Of a DNA stretch of 64,000 bases, positions 59,076 to 64,000 are shown piece by piece; the first letter of the stretch is position 1, and the number at the start of each line of letters is the position of its first letter. A program made the translations under genes and the position numbers. Source of the stretch: Verrucomicrobiota bacterium (GTDB lineage: Bacteria > Verrucomicrobiota > Verrucomicrobiia > Methylacidiphilales > JBCBYL01); contig JBCDJI010000015.1 of NCBI GenBank assembly GCA_038748025.1, positions 23,957-87,956 on the forward strand. The letters run 5' to 3'. Under the pieces are notes generated by a model, which had not been told where the DNA came from, did not search any database, and saw nothing but the letters and a program-made list of their open reading frames with translations.

Positions 59076-60593
59076 AACACCATCAGCCAGAGGTCGGACT
59101 GAGGTCCAGAAGTATCGCCCGTTGCGATAACATAACAGCACCGTGCGCTCAGCATTCAGAATCTGCGCTCTCAGTTCTGTTTCCGATAGCGCAGGCACCT
59201 CACCCGCACGTTCCGGCTCAGATGCTGCAGCCGCCAGCCGCACCACGATGTCACCGGCCTGCAGCGGTGGTGAAAACAGCAGCTGCCGCGGATCCACCCC
59301 CTCGACTACAAAATAATTCCCCCGTTGACCGGCCACCATCACCGCCCGCACGGAACCGGTCAATGCCGTCGCGGGATCCGCATTCCTGACCGCCGGCACT
59401 GCTTCCGGCACACCGGCATCCTGTTCTGCTGCGGCGACCTCCGGCTGGACCACTCCGGTTAGTTCCAGCTGCCGGGTTTCATCACCTCGCCTGACACTCA
59501 GCACTAACGGCTTATTCTCGGGCCAGCGTGAGAGCACCGACTGGAAAAAACCGGCACCTGTTACCTTGCGCCCGTTCAGTTCTACAATCAGGTCACCCTC
59601 GCGGATTCCTGCCAGATCACCGGGCAGACCCGGTTGCAACCGGGTGACCAGCACCCCGCGGCTGACGGCATTCCACCCGAATCCGGCAGCCAGATCCGGG
59701 GTCAGCTTTTGCGCCAGGATACCGAAATCACTGCGCGCAGCATATCCCAGTTGCTTCAGGTGCCGGCAGACATGCAGGATATCCTCTACCGACAACATTG
59801 CTGTGGATTCTGCCGCCGCCCGATCCGGTGCGTGGATCAGCATACCCGCCATTCTGCCCTGCAGGTCGATCAGCATTCCCCCCTCCTGATGTTCATTCAC
59901 GCTGATGTCCGGCAGCAGATAGCCTGAAATCACTTCCGGAAATCCCGCCAGCGAATGGTATCCCACCCCGCTCAGGTGCCCGCGTGCAGCCTGCGGCTGG
60001 TTGTTTTGATCCAGCCAGATAAACTGCAGCGCCGTTCCAAACGGCACGGAAAGTCCGCTGGCAAACACCGCCGGCTTACTTTGGATCGGATCAGAGGATT
60101 GCAAGAGCGCCACCCCGGTGGTCGGATCAAAGCTGTCCAACCGGCACTCGGAAAATGATCCGTCCTGATGCTGGATGCGAAAGACTTCACCCCGGGCCAC
60201 GCGAGCCCAGGAGGTGGCATACAATCCGTCTCCATCGACACAGACCGCATTGACCATATCCTGCTGCCAGACCCCCTCAGCCGTCTTCCAGTAAATCATG
60301 ACCCGCACCAGCGAGGCAATTGCCCTGGCTGCACTTTGCTGCACCTCTTCGACCAGCCGTTCTCTGGTCTCATTTTGAGATGTCAGCAGCAACGGTCGCA
60401 CCGGACGCGCCGGCTCTTCCGCCGCCTGTGTGGCTGAAGTCGGTTCTTCCAGCAGCTGCTCCGGCTTGGCAATCGGCTGGGAAAGCAGATCAGATGCCGC
60501 CTCGTCCGATTCACCCAGTTCGAGCGACGTGATCCAGAAGATCAGCACGATCAGCCCGATGAAGAGCAGGGTGATGGCCAGGGAGCGTTTCAC
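59061..60593 (-). CDS. HtrA/DegP-like membrane-anchored trypsin-fold + PDZ protein with degenerate catalytic triad
   Basis: TM; trypsin-like domain (TSWARV, DPTTGVALL, VNEHQEGGMLID); PDZ (FGI.AQ.LTPDLA..FG...RGVLV....PG.PG..AGIREGDLI.ELNG). GTG 60593 chosen as start. Confidence 0.82.
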   Translation of the reverse strand: MKRSLAITLLFIGLIVLIFWITSLELGESDEAASDLLSQPIAKPEQLLEEPTSATQAAEEPARPVRPLLLTSQNETRERLVEEVQQSAARAIASLVRVMIYWKTAEGVWQQDMVNAVCVDGDGLYATSWARVARGEVFRIQHQDGSFSECRLDSFDPTTGVALLQSSDPIQSKPAVFASGLSVPFGTALQFIWLDQNNQPQAARGHLSGVGYHSLAGFPEVISGYLLPDISVNEHQEGGMLIDLQGRMAGMLIHAPDRAAAESTAMLSVEDILHVCRHLKQLGYAARSDFGILAQKLTPDLAAGFGWNAVSRGVLVTRLQPGLPGDLAGIREGDLIVELNGRKVTGAGFFQSVLSRWPENKPLVLSVRRGDETRQLELTGVVQPEVAAAEQDAGVPEAVPAVRNADPATALTGSVRAVMVAGQRGNYFVVEGVDPRQLLFSPPLQAGDIVVRLAAAASEPERAGEVPALSETELRAQILNAERTVLLCYRNGRYFWTSVRPLADGVLVVQ

Positions 60594-60861
60594 GTCAGCA
60601 GGTAGATAAGGGTTTTGTAAGGCAACGGAGCATGACAATGACTGTAAGTAGGGAAACGCCCGCACGAAAGCGCAGAATGCCGTTTATTTCAAATTGCTTA
60701 AGCATCTGAGCCGCTGTTTTTCTGCTGGATCGCCAGCTGCTTTCCTGGTGATTCCTCAAAATAGTGAATGGCAGATCGCGACACACATGCCAAGCCGCCT
60801 CTCGCACACTGTGATCCGGCAGGTCTCCACTGCCGGTTACCGGAAGCATCCGCAAACCAGC

Positions 60862-62946
60862 CTATTTCTTCTCTTCGCGTTCCTTCGCTTCTGCGATGAC
60901 CTGCTCGGCCACATTACGCGGACACGGGGCGTAGTGATCAAATTCCATGGAGAACTGACCGCGTCCTGAAGTGATCGACCGCAGGTCACCGATATATCCG
61001 AACATATCGCTCAACGGCGCCTGGGCCTTGATCCGGATTCCGGTCGGCGTCGGTTCCTGAGACACAATCATCCCCCGGCGACGGTTCAGATCACCGATCA
61101 CGTCCCCCAGATTATCTTCCGGGGTGAATACGTCCAATTTCATGACCGGCTCAAGGATCTGCGGCCCGGCCTTGGGCAGCGTCTGGCGATAGGCCGTCTT
61201 GGCTGCAATTTCAAAAGCCACTGCCGAGGAATCCACCGGATGGAAGCCGCCGTCCAGCAGCGTTACTTTAAGATCCACCAGCGGATATCCTGCCAGCACG
61301 CCTTTCTCACAGCTGTTCTTGAAGCCTTTATCCACCGCCGGCCAGAATTCACGCGGTACATTACCACCGGTGACTTTGGACTCGAAGGAGTAGCCCTCGC
61401 CCGGCTCACCCGGCTCGATCGTATAATCAATCTTCGCAAACTGGCCGGATCCTCCCGACTGCTTCTTATGGGTATAGCTATCGTTAGTGACCTGGGTGAT
61501 ACTCTCGCGGTATGCCACCTGCGGTTTACCGACCTGCACTTCCACGTTGTGCGTGCGCTTGAGGATGTCCACTTTGATATCCAGGTGCAGCTCGCCCATT
61601 CCCATCAGAATGGTTTCACCACTGTCCTGGTCCGTCTCCACCCGGAAGGAGGGATCTTCCTGAATCATTTTACCCAGCGCAGTTCCCAGTTTCTCCGCAT
61701 TCACCTTATCCACCGGCGCCACCGCAATGGAAATCACCGGGTCCGGGAAGACCATCGGCTCCAGCGTGGCCGGGTTTTTCTGGTCACACAGCGTATGACC
61801 GGTCTGGATATTCTTTAAACCCACCAGCGCCACAATGTCTCCCGCCTGGGCCTTATCGATTTCGATCCGCTCATCGGCATGCATTTCCACCAGCCGGCCA
61901 ATCCGCTCTGTCTTGCCGGTGGCAGTATTCAACAGTGTGTCACCTTTATTGATAGTCCCGGAATAGACCCGGGTAAAGGTCAGGGCTCCAAACTTGTCAT
62001 CCATGATCTTGAAGGCCAGTGCACGCACCGGAGCGGAGGGATCCACTGTAGCCACCTCACCGGTCTCCACCCCTTCCAGATCCACTTCCGGCTGAGGCTT
62101 CACTTCCGTCGGGGACGGCAGGTAATCCACCACTGCGTCGAGCACGTTCTGCACTCCCTTGTTTTTGAACGAGGAACCGCAGAAGGTCGGGAAGAAATCC
62201 AGCGCAATGGTTCCCTGGCGGATACAGGCTTTGATCGTGTCGATATCCGGCTCATTGCCTTCCAGATAGGCTTCCATCGCATCGTCATCCTGCTCCACCG
62301 CCGTCTCAATCATCTGCTGGCGGTATTCCTCCGCCTTGTCCTTCAGGTCTGCCGGGACTTCGGTGATCTCGTAATTCATCGGATCACCGGAATCATCCCA
62401 GACCCAGGCCTTCATCGTCAGCAGGTCGACCACTCCCTTGAAATCACTTTCCGTGCCGATCGGCAGCACCATCACCAGTGGCTTGGCACCCAGGATATTC
62501 TTCACCTGATCCACCACCCGGTAAAAGTCTGCCCCGACCCGGTCCAGTTTATTGACGTAAATAATCCGTGCCACTTCCGAGTCATTGGCGTAACGCCAGT
62601 TCGTTTCAGACTGCGGTTCCACCCCGCCGGAACCACAGAAAACACCGACACCGCCATCCAGCACTTTCAGCGAACGATATACCTCAATCGTGAAATCCAC
62701 GTGACCTGGTGTGTCGATGATGTTGAACCGGTGATCATTCCAGAAACAGGTGGTGGCTGCCGACTGGATCGTGATCCCGCGCTCCTGCTCCTGATCCATG
62801 AAGTCGGTGGTGGCCGCGCCATCGTGCACCTCACCGATCTTGTGGATCTTCCCGGTTAACTTCAAAATACGCTCAGTGGTGGTGGTTTTTCCGGCATCCA
62901 CATGCGCGAAAATCCCGATATTCCGATACTTGGAGAGGTCACTCAT
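60862..62946 (-). CDS. fusA: Elongation factor G (stand-alone copy)
   Basis: [65 protein letters not shown]. Confidence 0.97.
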   Translation of the reverse strand: MSDLSKYRNIGIFAHVDAGKTTTTERILKLTGKIHKIGEVHDGAATTDFMDQEQERGITIQSAATTCFWNDHRFNIIDTPGHVDFTIEVYRSLKVLDGGVGVFCGSGGVEPQSETNWRYANDSEVARIIYVNKLDRVGADFYRVVDQVKNILGAKPLVMVLPIGTESDFKGVVDLLTMKAWVWDDSGDPMNYEITEVPADLKDKAEEYRQQMIETAVEQDDDAMEAYLEGNEPDIDTIKACIRQGTIALDFFPTFCGSSFKNKGVQNVLDAVVDYLPSPTEVKPQPEVDLEGVETGEVATVDPSAPVRALAFKIMDDKFGALTFTRVYSGTINKGDTLLNTATGKTERIGRLVEMHADERIEIDKAQAGDIVALVGLKNIQTGHTLCDQKNPATLEPMVFPDPVISIAVAPVDKVNAEKLGTALGKMIQEDPSFRVETDQDSGETILMGMGELHLDIKVDILKRTHNVEVQVGKPQVAYRESITQVTNDSYTHKKQSGGSGQFAKIDYTIEPGEPGEGYSFESKVTGGNVPREFWPAVDKGFKNSCEKGVLAGYPLVDLKVTLLDGGFHPVDSSAVAFEIAAKTAYRQTLPKAGPQILEPVMKLDVFTPEDNLGDVIGDLNRRRGMIVSQEPTPTGIRIKAQAPLSDMFGYIGDLRSITSGRGQFSMEFDHYAPCPRNVAEQVIAEAKEREEKK

Positions 62947-63098
62947 TCTTCGTTTTCCTTACTTCAATAGGGGTTCAGTTAAATTCTTGAATCATTTGAG
63001 CTAGAGGAATTTAAAAATAGTGCAACATCTATCCCGCATTTTTTCGGGCCGTCCCCCACATTTTCCCGTAAAAACACGTAAATAGCAGTTTTGCTTTA

Positions 63099-63143
63099 TT
63101 TCGGATTTCGATATCGAAGATTCGAATTTTTAGCCGAAGGCTA
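63099..63143. repeat. Palindromic/heptameric element plus small hairpin directly after the intI stop
   Basis: TTCGGAT-TTCGATATCGAA-G-ATTCGAA (13-bp imperfect stem) followed by TAGCC-GAA-GGCTA. Confidence 0.5.
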
Positions 63144-64000
63144 TAGCCGGTCTACGGGGCTGACCAATCCATGCGGACGTTGCATCACGTGCGTGTATAT
63201 TTGAGTCGTTTCCACGCTATTGTGCCCCAGCAATTCCTGCACCGTCCGGATATCAGCCCCACCCTCCAACATGTGCGTTGCAAAGGAATGCCTCAGCGCA
63301 TGCGTCGTCACCCGTTTCTCGATACCTGCCCCCTCTGCAGCCCGGGTAATGGCCACCATGTATGAATTTTCCAGTGCATGATGCCGCATCGTTTTGCCCG
63401 TGCGCGGATCCTTGGCCAGCTTCCGCGCAGGAAACACATACTGCCAGTAAATTTCCTTATTCCGATTACCCAGCTTTCGGATCAGCGACGGTGGCAGGCT
63501 GGCTCCATCAAAATCCACCTCCAGATCCATCTGATGCAGCCGCTTGACCCTGCCCACCTGTGAGCGCAGCTCCGATTCCAGCGAGGCAGGCAGCACACTA
63601 GCGCGATCTTTACCACCCTTGCTGTCCCGCACACCCAGCTGCCCCCGATCAAAATCCAGATCAGCTATCCGCAATCTCAACAACTCAGAAACTCTTAGTC
63701 CTGCACCGTATTGCAGTTTCGCCATCAGGCGGAAATCAGGCGCCATCATATCCATCAGCCGCACCATTTCATCCACGGAGAGCACCACCGGCAACTTTTT
63801 CTTGCGGGCAGCTCGTTTAGCTCCTTTGAAATGGATCTGCTCGAACTCACGTACGTGGCGGAAGAAGAAGACCATCGCATTAAGTGCCTGGTCCTGGGTT
63901 GCCGCAGCGATCGTCTGACTCTCAGCCAGCCACGTCAGAAAATCCACCACATCCTGCTCCAGCGACTCCATCGCAGACCGTGGATACACATGCGCCTGGA
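63141..64000 (-). CDS. intI: Integron integrase (tyrosine recombinase), 5' end beyond the window
   Basis: ATQDQALNA, LPVVLS, GLRVSE (R), KGGKDR (K), HALRHSFATH, LGH, TQIY (Y), plus the integron-specific insertion ASLP.SL.RK...WQYVFPA..DPRTG..RHH. The frame is open to the window edge. Confidence 0.93.
   Translation of the reverse strand, partial: QAHVYPRSAMESLEQDVVDFLTWLAESQTIAAATQDQALNAMVFFFRHVREFEQIHFKGAKRAARKKKLPVVLSVDEMVRLMDMMAPDFRLMAKLQYGAGLRVSELLRLRIADLDFDRGQLGVRDSKGGKDRASVLPASLESELRSQVGRVKRLHQMDLEVDFDGASLPPSLIRKLGNRNKEIYWQYVFPARKLAKDPRTGKTMRHHALENSYMVAITRAAEGAGIEKRVTTHALRHSFATHMLEGGADIRTVQELLGHNSVETTQIYTHVMQRPHGLVSPVDRL

Noticed and set aside
61879..62859. 326-aa ORF antisense to fusA, and similar shadow ORFs (e.g. 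35884..36663, 33394..34023, 22343..22951, 1936..2541)
   Set aside because: They lie opposite well-supported genes, have no recognisable motifs, and are expected from codon bias.

Overview
Gene-dense bacterial chromosomal window, most likely from a Verrucomicrobiota/PVC genome. That assignment is inferred from gene content (DUF5069, TIGR03790, a Ser/Thr kinase with WD40 repeats, a YHYH protein, short RecO, alpha2-type GlyRS) and was not checked by search. Housekeeping genes include argG, dxs, xseAB, recN, recO, gltA, pxpBCA, creBC, glyQS, larB, nfeD-floA, aguBA and a stand-alone fusA. There are three tRNAs (Arg-TCT, Val-TAC, Ser-GCT) and scattered pilus genes (Tad cpaB/cpaC, pilC, and a single-polypeptide PilT-PilT tandem ATPase). 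An integron integrase is cut by the right edge. The most unusual observations are: (1) the fused double PilT motor; (2) three enzymes with altered catalytic sites, namely a hybrid kinase lacking its phospho-His, a class III cyclase with Thr at the purine-selecting Lys, and an HtrA lacking all three triad residues; (3) a structured mini-array of tRNA-Ser 3'-end copies; (4) a TAnnnT-N6-start signature suggesting widespread leaderless mRNAs; (5) an uncharacterised ABCG/AsmA-like envelope cluster; (6) a bacterial vitamin K-dependent carboxylase homologue. All calls are by eye from motifs, with no database searches, and several start codons were re-chosen relative to the ORF track.
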